DNA from: a virus
Taxonomy: Duplodnaviria; Caudoviricetes
Length of the DNA stretch: 64,000 nt
IMG/VR virus record: IMGVR_UViG_3300028909_000001
Reading direction: 5' to 3' (one strand)
Below are positions 9,678-19,272 of this stretch, one piece after another. A program made the translations under genes and the position numbers. The notes below the pieces were generated by a model that saw nothing but the letters and a program-made list of their open reading frames with translations, had not been told where the DNA came from and searched no databases. Each line of letters begins with the position of its first letter. Within the stretch, counting starts at the first letter, position 1.

Positions 9678-10691
9678 TTACGAAACATTTTTATGCAAGT
9701 GTAATTCAATGGTAGAATGAGGCTCCTCCAAAGCTTTAATGGGCGTTCGACTCGCCTCACTTGCTTGTAATTGTTTAATTAATAAATTAGGTTCTTTTAC
9801 TATTTCCTCCCAATTACCACCATATTTTTTAGTCTTAATGATAACTAGATTTGGCACTTTAGCTGTTTTCATTTTGTACTCTGCTTCTTTAGTAATATAT
9901 CCTTTCAATTCAACGAAAATATTGTTTAAAATAAAGTCAGGATAGTAATTGCGGGATTTACCGTCTAACGTAGTATAAGGAAATCCTTTTAAGTTTCTAG
10001 AATAAGATAGATTTAATTGTTCGGCTATTTTGCAAAAATTATATTCCATAGTTGACTGACAGTGTATTATTGTACCATCTTTTTTGGTATAGTCTGAGTG
10101 TTTACCCCAACCTCCACCTTTACGAGGGCCTCCGGTTTTACCTTTCAATACTTTTGATTGCAGTAACTTATAACAAGCTGAAGAACATGTTGACTTTCTG
10201 CAGTGTGTTTTAAATGGGTTAAGACATATTATACATATTTTATTCACTATTTTAACGACTTGTCCATTTTTATATCTAAAACGAGGAATACCGTCGTTTT
10301 CGTAACGATTTTTTAATGCTAAACTTATGTTCATATTTTTAGTTTTAATTTGTTTTGTTGTTAGATGACTATTCCTATATTTAGCGCTGCAAGACTTATT
10401 GCAAAAATTTAGTTTTGTTCGTTTGATTTCCTTCTGTAATTTATATCTTGTTTTTCCACACTGAGCACAAGTTACAAGTTTTGCAGCATTAGGTTTGCAT
10501 TGTTTTGAACAATAATCGGACACACGACAACTAAGTTTATTTGCAATCTGACGTTGCACTTCATTTTTATTTTTGTAGTATGTTTTATGACAATTACAAC
10601 ATTCTAAAGGTATAAGATCTCTAGAACCACAAGTGTCAAATATAGCTTGTAACATCAATATCTTCATATGAGTTATATTACCACTATCCAC
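9678..10691 (-). mobile_element. Free-standing homing endonuclease-like gene (Zn-ribbon repeats plus a PD-(D/E)xK-like domain)
   Basis: Multiple CxxC...CSxxC repeats and C-terminal YYPDFILNNIFVELKG; inverted orientation within the tRNA array. Confidence 0.7.
9695..9765 (+). tRNA. tRNA-Gly(TCC)
   Basis: GCAAGTG/CACTTGC acceptor; AGGCT-CCTCCAA-AGCTT; no encoded CCA. Confidence 0.8.
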
Positions 10692-10714
10692 TCCAAACTA
10701 GCAACAACGATTAT

Positions 10715-10790
10715 GCTCTATTAATGTAAGGGTTAGCAATGCCGACCTGTCACGCCGGAAGAACGGATTCGAGTTCCGTATAGAGCGCCA
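10715..10790 (+). tRNA. tRNA-Asp(GTC)
   Basis: GCTCTAT/ATAGAGC-G-CCA; anticodon loop CTGTCAC. Confidence 0.85.
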
Positions 10791-10800
10791 CTAAAACAAA

Positions 10801-11325
10801 ATGACAATAACTAAAAGAGACGATAGATGGTATGATGAACGAGGTAATAGTTGGAGAACAGAAGAATCAGCTACTACATACTCACTTACCCTAATTAATT
10901 GTAGAGATTGTAGTAATTGTAATAATTGTATAGGTTGTAGTAGTTGTAGTAGTTGTAGTGGTTGTAATAGTTGTAGTGGTTGTAGTACTTGTTATAATTG
11001 TAGTGGTTGTAGTGCTTGTAATATTTTTAATTATTGTCATGATTGCAGTAGTTGTTTTAATTGTTATAGTTGTACTGATTGTAGTAATTGTAGTGATTGT
11101 AATTATTGTAGTCGTTGTAGTGATTGTAGTAGTTGCAGTAATTGTATTGATTGTAATATTTGTAGTGATTGTAGTTATTGTAGTAGTTGTAGTAGTTGTA
11201 CTAACTGTAATCATTGTGAATTGTGTGGAAAATTAGTTGATCAAAAGTTTCAAGAAAAGATTAAAGACCCATTAATTAGGACAGAGTTTAATGTAGAAAA
11301 CAGGTTACTAGAACCAGACTTATAA
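10801..11325 (+). CDS. Cys-x-x repeat protein with tail (NRLLEPDL)
   Basis: Head, repeats and tail. Confidence 0.85.
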   Translation: MTITKRDDRWYDERGNSWRTEESATTYSLTLINCRDCSNCNNCIGCSSCSSCSGCNSCSGCSTCYNCSGCSACNIFNYCHDCSSCFNCYSCTDCSNCSDCNYCSRCSDCSSCSNCIDCNICSDCSYCSSCSSCTNCNHCELCGKLVDQKFQEKIKDPLIRTEFNVENRLLEPDL

Positions 11326-11329
11326 ATTT

Positions 11330-11611
11330 ATGCAGTTAATTGAACAAACAATACTAGACTATATTGTAAAACCTGATAAACTTGAAACTAAGTTGTCTCA
11401 TATTATTGGATTTAATATAGTCAAAAACAAGCTATCACCAACCTCAATCAAATGTGTTACTACAATACTAGAACAGGAAAAGGATGCAGTGGATTATTTT
11501 ACTGTTCATCCATATACTAGGCTAGGTTGTGATAATACCAATTATGATAGGCAAAATGATTCTTTGTACCAATCACCTAACCAATTTCGTTACTTAACAT
11601 ACACTGATTAA
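11330..11611 (+). CDS. Hypothetical protein
   Basis: ORF between coupled genes. Confidence 0.55.
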   Translation: MQLIEQTILDYIVKPDKLETKLSHIIGFNIVKNKLSPTSIKCVTTILEQEKDAVDYFTVHPYTRLGCDNTNYDRQNDSLYQSPNQFRYLTYTD

Positions 11612-12384
11612 TGACCTGGCGCTTCTCACATTCAAGTATAGGAAGTTACAAGCAATGTCCTAAGAAGTATGAACTTACCTACCTTCAAAAAGGTAAAGTA
11701 CAAAAAGAGGATACAGTTGAACTATTCTTAGGAAAAAGGGTGCATGAATGTTTAGAAGTATTATATCACTATGCTAATTTAGGCAATACCTGGCTTTTAA
11801 AAGATTTGACTGATCTATTTATCGTTTTATGGGAAGAGAAATGGAATAATGATATAAAGATAGTTAGATTCGGCCTACCTGCTCTACATTACCTTGATTT
11901 AGGTATAAAACAACTAACTGACTACTATAATAAGTATCATCCTTTCAACCAACACAAATCCCTGAGTTTAGAGCAGAAGCTATATTTTAATTTAGCCCAA
12001 GATGAAAAGTATGTAATGTCTGGAGTAATTGATAGGATAGAAGAAATTGAGCCTGACTATCTAGCTATTCATGATTATAAGACTGGTAAGAATATGATGA
12101 GTCAGAAAGAATGTGACTCAGACCGACAACTTGCTACTTATGCTATTGGGGTTTTAAATAAATATCCTGCTACTCAAAAAATTGATTTAGTCTGGCATTA
12201 TCTACTATATAATGTTGAAGTTGTATCTAGTAGGACTGCTGAACAATTAGAAAAGTTAAAGGTTGAACTGATAACAGATATTGATACTATATCTAAAGCT
12301 GTTACAGATAATAACTTCAAAACTAATATATCACGTTTATGTGATTGGTGTGAAGTTAAGAAATTTTGTCCTGCTCACAAATAA
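11611..12384 (+). CDS. PD-(D/E)xK nuclease (RecB/Cas4-like, PDDEXK_1)
   Basis: SHSSIGSYKQCP, GVIDRIE, HDYKTG, QLATYA and C-terminal CDWC...C. Confidence 0.85.
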   Translation: MTWRFSHSSIGSYKQCPKKYELTYLQKGKVQKEDTVELFLGKRVHECLEVLYHYANLGNTWLLKDLTDLFIVLWEEKWNNDIKIVRFGLPALHYLDLGIKQLTDYYNKYHPFNQHKSLSLEQKLYFNLAQDEKYVMSGVIDRIEEIEPDYLAIHDYKTGKNMMSQKECDSDRQLATYAIGVLNKYPATQKIDLVWHYLLYNVEVVSSRTAEQLEKLKVELITDIDTISKAVTDNNFKTNISRLCDWCEVKKFCPAHK

Positions 12385-12389
12385 TTTTA

Positions 12390-12465
12390 GGCTGTATAGT
12401 GAAAGTGGATATCATACAATTCTTCTAAATTTGAGTTCCTGGTTCGATCCCAGGTACAGCCACCA
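12390..12465 (+). tRNA. tRNA-Arg(TCT)
   Basis: GGCTGTA/TACAGCC-A-CCA; loop CTTCTAA. Confidence 0.85.
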
Positions 12466-12529
12466 TTTTAAAACCGAAGCCGTTGAACTTCATTAAATCT
12501 TCAACAAACAACAAATAAACACTAACTAT

Positions 12530-13072
12530 ATGAATAAAGTACCTATTACTAAAACCGCCCTACAAGCACTTTCAACTCCTACTAAAGATGTGATTGACAA
12601 GGCTTCACCACTAATTAAACGCTTTGCTGAAATTATCATGGGTTATTATAGCCCTGAAGAACCAGCTGTTTTTGAGTCTGAAGGAGATAAGACAGTCCAA
12701 GCTTTGTTTGATAAATGGCCTAAAGATGATACTACTTTGCGGCTAGCTGAATTGACTGAGGCTATTTACGGATATAAGCCTGTTGTTAAAGATAATAAGA
12801 CGATTAAATTTGGAGAATTGATTAAGTACAATAGTGACGTCTATGTAACTGTGCATAGTGATAGTAATAGTTTTTATGTTGCTTCAGTGAATGGAGCAAA
12901 TTGTCTACGTCTATATCCAAATAATGCTATTAATAAAGTTACGGCTGCTGAAGCTGGTATTTTTGTTAAAGAATTCTTGAAAGTTAAACCTAGTATATTA
13001 CTTACTACGCTAGGTAAGGTAGCTATCAGTATTGTTTTAGAGTTTTTGGAACAGGTTGGAGATAATATTTAA
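12530..13072 (+). CDS. Hypothetical protein
   Basis: 180-aa ORF. Confidence 0.65.
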   Translation: MNKVPITKTALQALSTPTKDVIDKASPLIKRFAEIIMGYYSPEEPAVFESEGDKTVQALFDKWPKDDTTLRLAELTEAIYGYKPVVKDNKTIKFGELIKYNSDVYVTVHSDSNSFYVASVNGANCLRLYPNNAINKVTAAEAGIFVKEFLKVKPSILLTTLGKVAISIVLEFLEQVGDNI

Positions 13073-13078
13073 TCTAGT

Positions 13079-13154
13079 TGGTGTGTAGCTCAATTGGTAG
13101 AGCAATCGATTGTTACTCGATAGGTTCTTGGTCCGACTCCAAGCACACCAGCCA
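13079..13154 (+). tRNA. tRNA-Asn(GTT)
   Basis: ATCGA-TTGTTAC-TCGAT; TGGTGTG/CACACCA-G-CCA. Confidence 0.85.
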
Positions 13155-13495
13155 ACATTTGCTAGGTAGTTTAATATTATGTGTTATAATGATGACTTCA
13201 ATAGACTATCTGCTAGCGTAGTTGCGACCCATTATTAAACGCACTTGTAAAACCACAGCTTTCTAAGCTGTTGATGTCGTGTCAAGAACGACCCTGGCTG
13301 TCAATTTATGAATGAACAACAACGTAAGAAAAAACTAGTAGATGTAATAAATCTGGTTGATGATGAACTTAGACTAGTTATCAAAGCAACTTATGCTAAA
13401 GAGCGTACAACTGAGGAAAGACTAGCAATTGCAGATATAATAGAGGCTCAAGGCCGACTATTAGATGCACAGTCACGTCTCGAAAAATAAACTTT

Positions 13496-13572
13496 TGCGG
13501 GAGGGTAGGTTAGATCTACAGAAGTCTCATAAGCTTCTTTAAACTAGGTGCAATTCCTAGTCTCCGCACCCA
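13496..13572 (+). tRNA. tRNA-Met(CAT), initiator-like
   Basis: TGCGGGA... body resembling tRNA-fMet; loop CTCATAA; T loop TGCAATT. Confidence 0.7.
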
Positions 13573-13579
13573 TTTAAAT

Positions 13580-14005
13580 ATGAACCATAACCTTTGTCCT
13601 AACTGTAATAATACTGGAAAATATCTTGAATACTTTGATTCTTTCTATTGTCCTGACTGTGATAACTGGCTTGAACCAATTTGTGAGGATAAAGAATGTA
13701 GATATTGTAGTGATAGGCCGGAAAAGCCTAGTTTACAATTTTTACCTAATAAAAAGACTTATTCTGACTTAATAGGTGATTTAATGGAATATAATCATTT
13801 CGTAGCTCTAACCGTATCTGGTTCTATAATAACTGAAGATGGTTATGTCGAATCTGTATTTATTGATGGTATTCATAGACCGGAGATATATATTGAGGGT
13901 GGCTGGACATTGGAACCGGATAGTAAATTTTATAAACACTACGAATTATTAGAGTTGGGTAAAGCATTTCCTGATAAGGTAATTCAATTAGAATGGTGTA
14001 CCTAG
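13580..14005 (+). CDS. Hypothetical protein with N-terminal Cys cluster (Zn finger-like)
   Basis: CPNC...CPDC...CEDKECRYC. Confidence 0.6.
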   Translation: MNHNLCPNCNNTGKYLEYFDSFYCPDCDNWLEPICEDKECRYCSDRPEKPSLQFLPNKKTYSDLIGDLMEYNHFVALTVSGSIITEDGYVESVFIDGIHRPEIYIEGGWTLEPDSKFYKHYELLELGKAFPDKVIQLEWCT

Positions 14006-14006
14006 T

Positions 14007-14414
14007 ATGACAATAACTAAAAGAGACGATAGATGGTATGATGAACGAGGTAATAGCTGGGATACTGAAGAAGCAGCTACTTTATACTCACCTACCCTAA
14101 CCGATTGTACTAATTGTTATAATTGTTATAGTTGTACTAATTGTAGTCATTGTAGTAGTAGTTGTATTAATTGTAAAGATTGTAGTAGTTGTAGAGATTG
14201 TTATAATTGTAGTAATTGTAGTAGTTGTAGAGATTGTTATTATTGTAGTAATTGTATTAATTGTAATAGTTGTAGAAGATGTAGTCGTTGTGATAGCTGT
14301 AGTGATTGTAGTGAGTGTATTGGTTGTAATGACTGGACTAATAATAAGAAATATGAACCAGTAATTAGACCATTTATAGATTGTAGAGATAGACTATTAG
14401 ACCCTTATTTATGA
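14007..14414 (+). CDS. Cys-x-x repeat protein with tail (DRLLDPYL)
   Basis: Head, repeats and tail. Confidence 0.85.
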   Translation: MTITKRDDRWYDERGNSWDTEEAATLYSPTLTDCTNCYNCYSCTNCSHCSSSCINCKDCSSCRDCYNCSNCSSCRDCYYCSNCINCNSCRRCSRCDSCSDCSECIGCNDWTNNKKYEPVIRPFIDCRDRLLDPYL

Positions 14415-14788
14415 ATTCCAAATTTGAACAATTATTACGAACTAAAGGCTGGGTAGTTGAAAATAACAATATTTATGTCAAGGATTACCATTTTATATTG
14501 AATAATATGGATAAGTTAGTATCCATCAATGTATACTTTTCAGGCTATACCAATGATGGATTTCCCAAGTTTGCTAGATATTCAGCTTTAAATAAATCAA
14601 GTATCTATTTATCCAAAGCTAATGCATATACTATAATTAAGAGTAAAGATAGAATTATATTAATGTTGGATCTAGCTGGGCAAGAATGTGCTATTAAATT
14701 TTTAATGTATAGTGAAGCAGTCCATACACTTATGCATCAAGCTAAACTAATATTGGACCAAGCTAATCAAACTTATGCAAGTATCTAG
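14411..14788 (+). CDS. Hypothetical protein
   Basis: ATGA-coupled ORF. Confidence 0.6.
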   Translation: MNSKFEQLLRTKGWVVENNNIYVKDYHFILNNMDKLVSINVYFSGYTNDGFPKFARYSALNKSSIYLSKANAYTIIKSKDRIILMLDLAGQECAIKFLMYSEAVHTLMHQAKLILDQANQTYASI

Positions 14789-15518
14789 TAATAAGCAAAG
14801 AGTGTTAGTACTATCAGATGTTCATCAAGATATAGCTAGACTAAGATATATTTTAACCCACGAAGACTACGATTTTATAGTTAATTTAGGGGATTTGTTT
14901 GATTCATTTGATTATAGGAGAGAAGATGATATAGTAGATACTTGTAAATTCATAACTGAGTATATAGATAATCCTAACTATATTTCACTTCAAGGCAATC
15001 ATGACCTACATTATCTATACAGTAGTCCTATGACTTGGTGCTCTGGTTATCATAAAAATAAAGAGAAAGTAATTAATAGGTACTTTAAACAGGATAAAAT
15101 AGAAGTAAGAAAGAAGTTTCGATGGTATTGTTGGATAGATGACTTTCTTTGTACCCATGCTGGACTACATCCTTATTACCTAAGCCCTATGCAATCTTTA
15201 AATAAGGAAGAGTTATCAATTTGGTTAGACAATGAAAGTAAGAAGGCTGAAACTAATTTACTCATAGAACAACCTCATTGGTTTTATAGTGCTGGAAAAG
15301 CTAGAGGTGGTAGAGCTAGTGTAGGAGGGATTGTTTGGTTAGATTTTAATCAAGAATTTGTAGCAATAGATGGCCTAAATCAGTTATGCGGTCATACTCC
15401 TTACAATAACATAACTCAATACAAGAATACTAATAGTTATGATATTGATTGTCATGTAGCTCAATATCTTATAATACAGAATGGTAAGTTAGAAATTAAA
15501 GACTATGTAGATTTATGA
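14775..15518 (+). CDS. Calcineurin-like metallophosphoesterase
   Basis: SDVH, GDLFD, GNHD, THAG and GHT motifs. Confidence 0.9.
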   Translation: MQVSSNKQRVLVLSDVHQDIARLRYILTHEDYDFIVNLGDLFDSFDYRREDDIVDTCKFITEYIDNPNYISLQGNHDLHYLYSSPMTWCSGYHKNKEKVINRYFKQDKIEVRKKFRWYCWIDDFLCTHAGLHPYYLSPMQSLNKEELSIWLDNESKKAETNLLIEQPHWFYSAGKARGGRASVGGIVWLDFNQEFVAIDGLNQLCGHTPYNNITQYKNTNSYDIDCHVAQYLIIQNGKLEIKDYVDL

Positions 15519-15706
15519 AATATTTCGTCACTTATAAAGAGGCTAACTATCCTAAAACTTGGACTTGTTCTAATGAACCTGCTTGGGAATCTAGTTTTCG
15601 TGAATTCAATAATCTTAAAGATGCCGAAGATCTGATAAATGGTATAATTAATCAAACTGAATATTTTAAAGATATTAATTTATCTGTTGCAGTAGTTATG
15701 TAATTT

Positions 15707-15793
15707 GGCAGCATCGCATAATGGTATTGCCCCTCATTTGAAGTGAGAGTGCGGGTAACACCGGTGAGGGTTCGAGTCCTTCTGCTGCCTCCA
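15707..15793 (+). tRNA. tRNA-Ser(TGA)
   Basis: Long variable arm; loop TTTGAAG; GGCAGCA/TGCTGCC-T-CCA. Confidence 0.85.
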
Positions 15794-15799
15794 ATTTAA

Positions 15800-15873
15800 C
15801 CAGATATAGCGTAATAGTAGCGTACAAGCCCTGGGAGCTTGTGGTGTCTGTGCAACTCAGACTATCTGGACCA
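15800..15873 (+). tRNA. tRNA-Pro(TGG)
   Basis: CCAGATA/TATCTGG-A-CCA; loop CCTGGGA. Confidence 0.85.
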
Positions 15874-15878
15874 TTATT

Positions 15879-16164
15879 TACTAGTTACCGGGTCCGAAAC
15901 TGTCCTTAACCAGACAAAGTAGGTACCAAATACAGATAGAGAACTGTAGTCAACAACGCACACTTAGTAAATGGAGTGTGGACGGAAATGAGCCAGGGAA
16001 TCTGGATGATACCGTGCAGCCAACAACTTAGTAATAAGTCTGTGGACATGATAGGTGAAGGTCAGGATAACAACCTGGACAAGTCCTAAAGGGTTATGTA
16101 AATAGTATAGCAATATACAGCCCAGTACCTTGAAATATAGGTGTGTTGAGCCTGGTAATTAGTA
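15879..16164 (+). ncRNA. Putative structured ncRNA (~285 nt) between tRNA-Pro and tRNA-Ile
   Basis: 14-bp terminal helix TACTAGTTACCGGG/CCTGGTAATTAGTA; internal hairpins, two with GNRA loops (GTAA, GCAA); no ORF in the track. Confidence 0.6.
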
Positions 16165-16170
16165 AAACAT

Positions 16171-16244
16171 ACACACGTAATTTAATAGTAGAATATTTGC
16201 CTGATTAGCGAATTGTACTTGTGCAACTCAAGTCGTGTGTACCA
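16171..16244 (+). tRNA. tRNA-Ile(GAT)
   Basis: ACACACG/CGTGTGT-A-CCA; TTTGC-CTGATTA-GCGAA. Confidence 0.8.
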
Positions 16245-16269
16245 ATTTAAACGAACAAAACAAACATCC

Positions 16270-16581
16270 ATGAACAAATTTAATACAACAATGATAAAAT
16301 TTATTCCAGCAATGGTAACATTAGCAGTATTATACTTTATTGCTGCTATTTTCGTTGGTTATTATACGGCAAACAGAGACAAACTACTTCAAAAGCAGAG
16401 AGAAGAACAATATAAAGTGATATTAATAAATGCATATCTCACAGGTTATGAAGATGCACAAGATGTTTATGGTAAGATGATTAAGAATGAATTCCATAAT
16501 CATACTGACTTAACAAATTATTCACAAACAGCCTATGATAACTTTTGTACTAACACAGTGAATAAGTATCCGTTACCATGA
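16270..16581 (+). CDS. Membrane-anchored hypothetical protein
   Basis: Hydrophobic segment MVTLAVLYFIAAIFVGYY; the ATG near 16270 is preferred over a start inside the tRNA. Confidence 0.55.
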   Translation: MNKFNTTMIKFIPAMVTLAVLYFIAAIFVGYYTANRDKLLQKQREEQYKVILINAYLTGYEDAQDVYGKMIKNEFHNHTDLTNYSQTAYDNFCTNTVNKYPLP

Positions 16582-16913
16582 AAAAGACAACTATTAATGT
16601 AATAATGGGCTTAAAAGTGATGGACGACCTTATGCACGCAACTGGTGTGTTTGAATCTTTTAAGAGATTTGGCGAACATCAAGTTATAGAGTATGAAATG
16701 CAGAAAAGTGAACCAGATTTAGATTTCATAACCAGGTTTAAAGAATCAGCTGAAAAAGAAGGCTATATAATTACAGCTATCTGGGTAGGTGAAAATCCTC
16801 AAGTCAATTTAGTGGATTGGTCAATTAAAGCAATTAGTGATGGACAAAAATGGAGTATGTTAGAACCATATTTAAACCATTTCGGTATACAAAAACAAGA
16901 AAAAACTATATAA
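16578..16913 (+). CDS. Hypothetical protein
   Basis: Coupled ORF. Confidence 0.6.
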   Translation: MKKTTINVIMGLKVMDDLMHATGVFESFKRFGEHQVIEYEMQKSEPDLDFITRFKESAEKEGYIITAIWVGENPQVNLVDWSIKAISDGQKWSMLEPYLNHFGIQKQEKTI

Positions 16914-16920
16914 TTAAAAT

Positions 16921-17217
16921 ATGAACGCTACTGAACTATTAGATAAGTTTGAAAAAGAACTCCCCAATCTAGGAACTTGGTACTGGACTGAAAAGACAGG
17001 CTCCAAACCTAGAATATTAGTATGCATCACTAAAATGCTTAAAGCAGGGCTGGAAGAAGAAACTGTTAAAGATATTATTATTAGTATGATGTATACTGGT
17101 TATGTAGAGCATGAAAGACAGGTTAAAGCCGAGACTGGTTTAAGTGTAGAAAAGTTTATGCAGAAAAAGCTTGAATCTTTGCCTGTTGAACAAGAACATT
17201 GTCTTACTAACGAATAA
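16921..17217 (+). CDS. Hypothetical protein
   Basis: ORF. Confidence 0.6.
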   Translation: MNATELLDKFEKELPNLGTWYWTEKTGSKPRILVCITKMLKAGLEEETVKDIIISMMYTGYVEHERQVKAETGLSVEKFMQKKLESLPVEQEHCLTNE

Positions 17218-17223
17218 TTTAAT

Positions 17224-17299
17224 CCGGTTCTGGTGTAGTAGGTCTGCACGCTTGACTGAAAATCAAGAGGTCGTTTTTCGATTAAACGGAACCGGGCCA
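17224..17299 (+). tRNA. tRNA-Phe(GAA)
   Basis: CTTGA-CTGAAAA-TCAAG; CCGGTTC/GAACCGG-G-CCA. Confidence 0.85.
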
Positions 17300-17310
17300 A
17301 CCTATAATTT

Positions 17311-17619
17311 ATGCTGCAAAAACTGCCAAAAAGCGTAGGTGATTCCATTACTTTGGGTTCTTTAATATGTATAGGAATTGCCCCAACTAGTAATTCTTCT
17401 TTTGTTCCATTTGCCTCTTTCGAAAGAGATGGAGAGTTAATTAGTTATGAAATAAAGAATCAAGCGTTAATAGATCAGTTATCTGATACCTTAACCGATA
17501 TGCTTATGTCTAATATGAAAGACATTGACGTTAGAATTGATTATAAGTATGTAGTAAAAGCAGGTTACATAGAATTACTCTATAATAACAACACTATAGA
17601 AATTCAAAATGAAAACTAA
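17311..17619 (+). CDS. Hypothetical protein
   Basis: ORF. Confidence 0.55.
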   Translation: MLQKLPKSVGDSITLGSLICIGIAPTSNSSFVPFASFERDGELISYEIKNQALIDQLSDTLTDMLMSNMKDIDVRIDYKYVVKAGYIELLYNNNTIEIQNEN

Positions 17620-17954
17620 AATAAACACTAGTACTCTACCTAGTCTGGCTCTTCTTTCTATATTAGGTGAGGATGCAATAAAAATATTAATAACTCATGC
17701 TTTAGATAAAAAAAGAAGATGAGAAGCATATATTTGATATTGACCTTAAAATTGATGGTAAAGAGTATGATTTTCTTGTGTTGGTAGAACAATATCAAAA
17801 AAATCTGGAGCGTATGATCGATCTTGAAGTTAATAGCAGACTTGAATCTAAGTTTAATGAGCTAACCGACAAGTTATCTTTTATATCTAGCATGTTTGAT
17901 GCAGCTAAGGCAAAAATTAAGAGTGAACTTAATTTAACTGAGGATGATTATTGA
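17609..17954 (+). pseudogene. Frameshifted hypothetical gene (+1 at the A7 run, 17708-17714)
   Basis: MKTKINTS...ALDKK stops at TGA in frame 0, while the +1 frame continues EDEKHIFDIDLKIDG...EDDY* with no good start of its own. Confidence 0.55.
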
Positions 17955-17962
17955 TAGTTAAT

Positions 17963-18036
17963 GGGGGATTAAGCTAGTAGTAGACGCAGGCTTTTACACA
18001 GCCTGAGGATTGGTGCGATTCCAATATCCCCTACCA
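17963..18036 (+). tRNA. tRNA-Val(TAC)
   Basis: CAGGCT-TTTACAC-AGCCTG; GGGGGAT/ATCCCCT-A-CCA. Confidence 0.8.
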
Positions 18037-18041
18037 TTTAT

Positions 18042-18353
18042 ATGCCTACAAAAATACAAGATTGTAAAGGTTTATCTGTTTGTATTAATAATCATGTCTT
18101 CAAATCTAATGAGGTTAGATTAATACCATTTAGTGCTGCTGAAAAAGAATGTAAATGTGTTCTTTATACTGATAGTGACTATGTTATAAAAAGACGAGAG
18201 CCAGTAGATCTAGAATTTCCTGGATTTTTATTAGCTTGTCCAGTCTGTAATGTTATTCAGATAGACGGTTTTAGAAATGCCCCTACTAATTCAACACCAA
18301 TAAAAGGTGTTGATAATACAATACCTGAGAGGAGATTAGAAATAGATTTATGA
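18042..18353 (+). CDS. Hypothetical Zn-binding protein with tail (ERRLEIDL)
   Basis: CKC and CPVC; shared tail. Confidence 0.65.
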   Translation: MPTKIQDCKGLSVCINNHVFKSNEVRLIPFSAAEKECKCVLYTDSDYVIKRREPVDLEFPGFLLACPVCNVIQIDGFRNAPTNSTPIKGVDNTIPERRLEIDL

Positions 18354-18779
18354 ATTTAGAAGCAGCTATAAACAAGATAAAAGGCAAGACTATCTATGTC
18401 TGGGTGCCTTATAATAGAATAGATCAATGTGCAGTTGAAGTTGACTATGTTAGTGCAGTTAATTGGTTAAAACACGTATATAAAGAAGAGAATGATATTG
18501 ATCCAATACTAATCTCTGATCTTAATAAAGATGTTGTGTTAGGGAATGTACAAAGATTGTTGTTATGAGTGATGAGCCCAAACCAGTAAATATGGATAAA
18601 CTTAGGGAAGCTGTGGAGTATTGTGATTTGCAAGGTAACTGTGATTACGATAATAGTATAGTTCAAGGATATGCTGGTAACTATTTGGAAGAAGTAATTA
18701 AGACTTATGAACGTGGAGATGAACAGTGGCCTATTCCTCATCCTTTGATTAAAGTACAACCGTTTTAGTAAATTTAGCA

Positions 18780-18850
18780 GGCAGACGAACTTAGGTTCAG
18801 CTAACTCTCATAAGGTAAGTGGCTGAGTGCAAATCTCAGGTTTGCCACCA
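18780..18850 (+). tRNA. tRNA-Met/Ile2(CAT) with shortened D arm
   Basis: GGCAGAC/GTTTGCC-A-CCA; loop CTCATAA; D region only GAACTTAGGTTC. Confidence 0.65.
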
Positions 18851-18915
18851 TAATTCACACAATTAAATTTGTGATAGGGCAGGCTTAAATTAGCTTGCAA
18901 AACAACAGAAAATAA

Positions 18916-19152
18916 ATGAATACAAATAATACAAATACAGAAGTTAGTCATCCTTCACCTACTGTCGAAAGTTTGATGGATGAACAAAATTCCACTTGTT
19001 GCATTGATAGTTATAAAGGGAGACCTACTTTTGCTATTAATAAAGAAAGTCCATATCCTTTTAGTTTTGGTCTATTAAAAGCTAGATTAATTGTAAAACA
19101 TATGGAGGCTTTGCAGAAGTTCGTAGAATCAGATGGTAGAAGCTTGGTTTAA
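18916..19152 (+). CDS. Hypothetical phage protein
   Basis: ORF with an A-rich leader. Confidence 0.6.
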   Translation: MNTNNTNTEVSHPSPTVESLMDEQNSTCCIDSYKGRPTFAINKESPYPFSFGLLKARLIVKHMEALQKFVESDGRSLV

Positions 19153-19158
19153 TATTTC

Positions 19159-19232
19159 GCTTCTGTAGTTTAAGAGTAAAACTCAGGTTTTGTAAACCTG
19201 GTATCCTGGTGCAAGTCCTGGCAGAAGCTCCA
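19159..19232 (+). tRNA. tRNA-Thr(TGT)
   Basis: CAGGT-TTTGTAA-ACCTG; GCTTCTG/CAGAAGC-T-CCA. Confidence 0.85.
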
Positions 19233-19272
19233 TTCCGAGGCAAGAATAACTATTATTCTTGCCTTTTATTAT

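Noticed and set aside
13160-13300. Possible additional tRNA (ACAGC-TTTCTAA-GCTGT hairpin)
   Set aside because: No matching acceptor stem or credible D and T arms.
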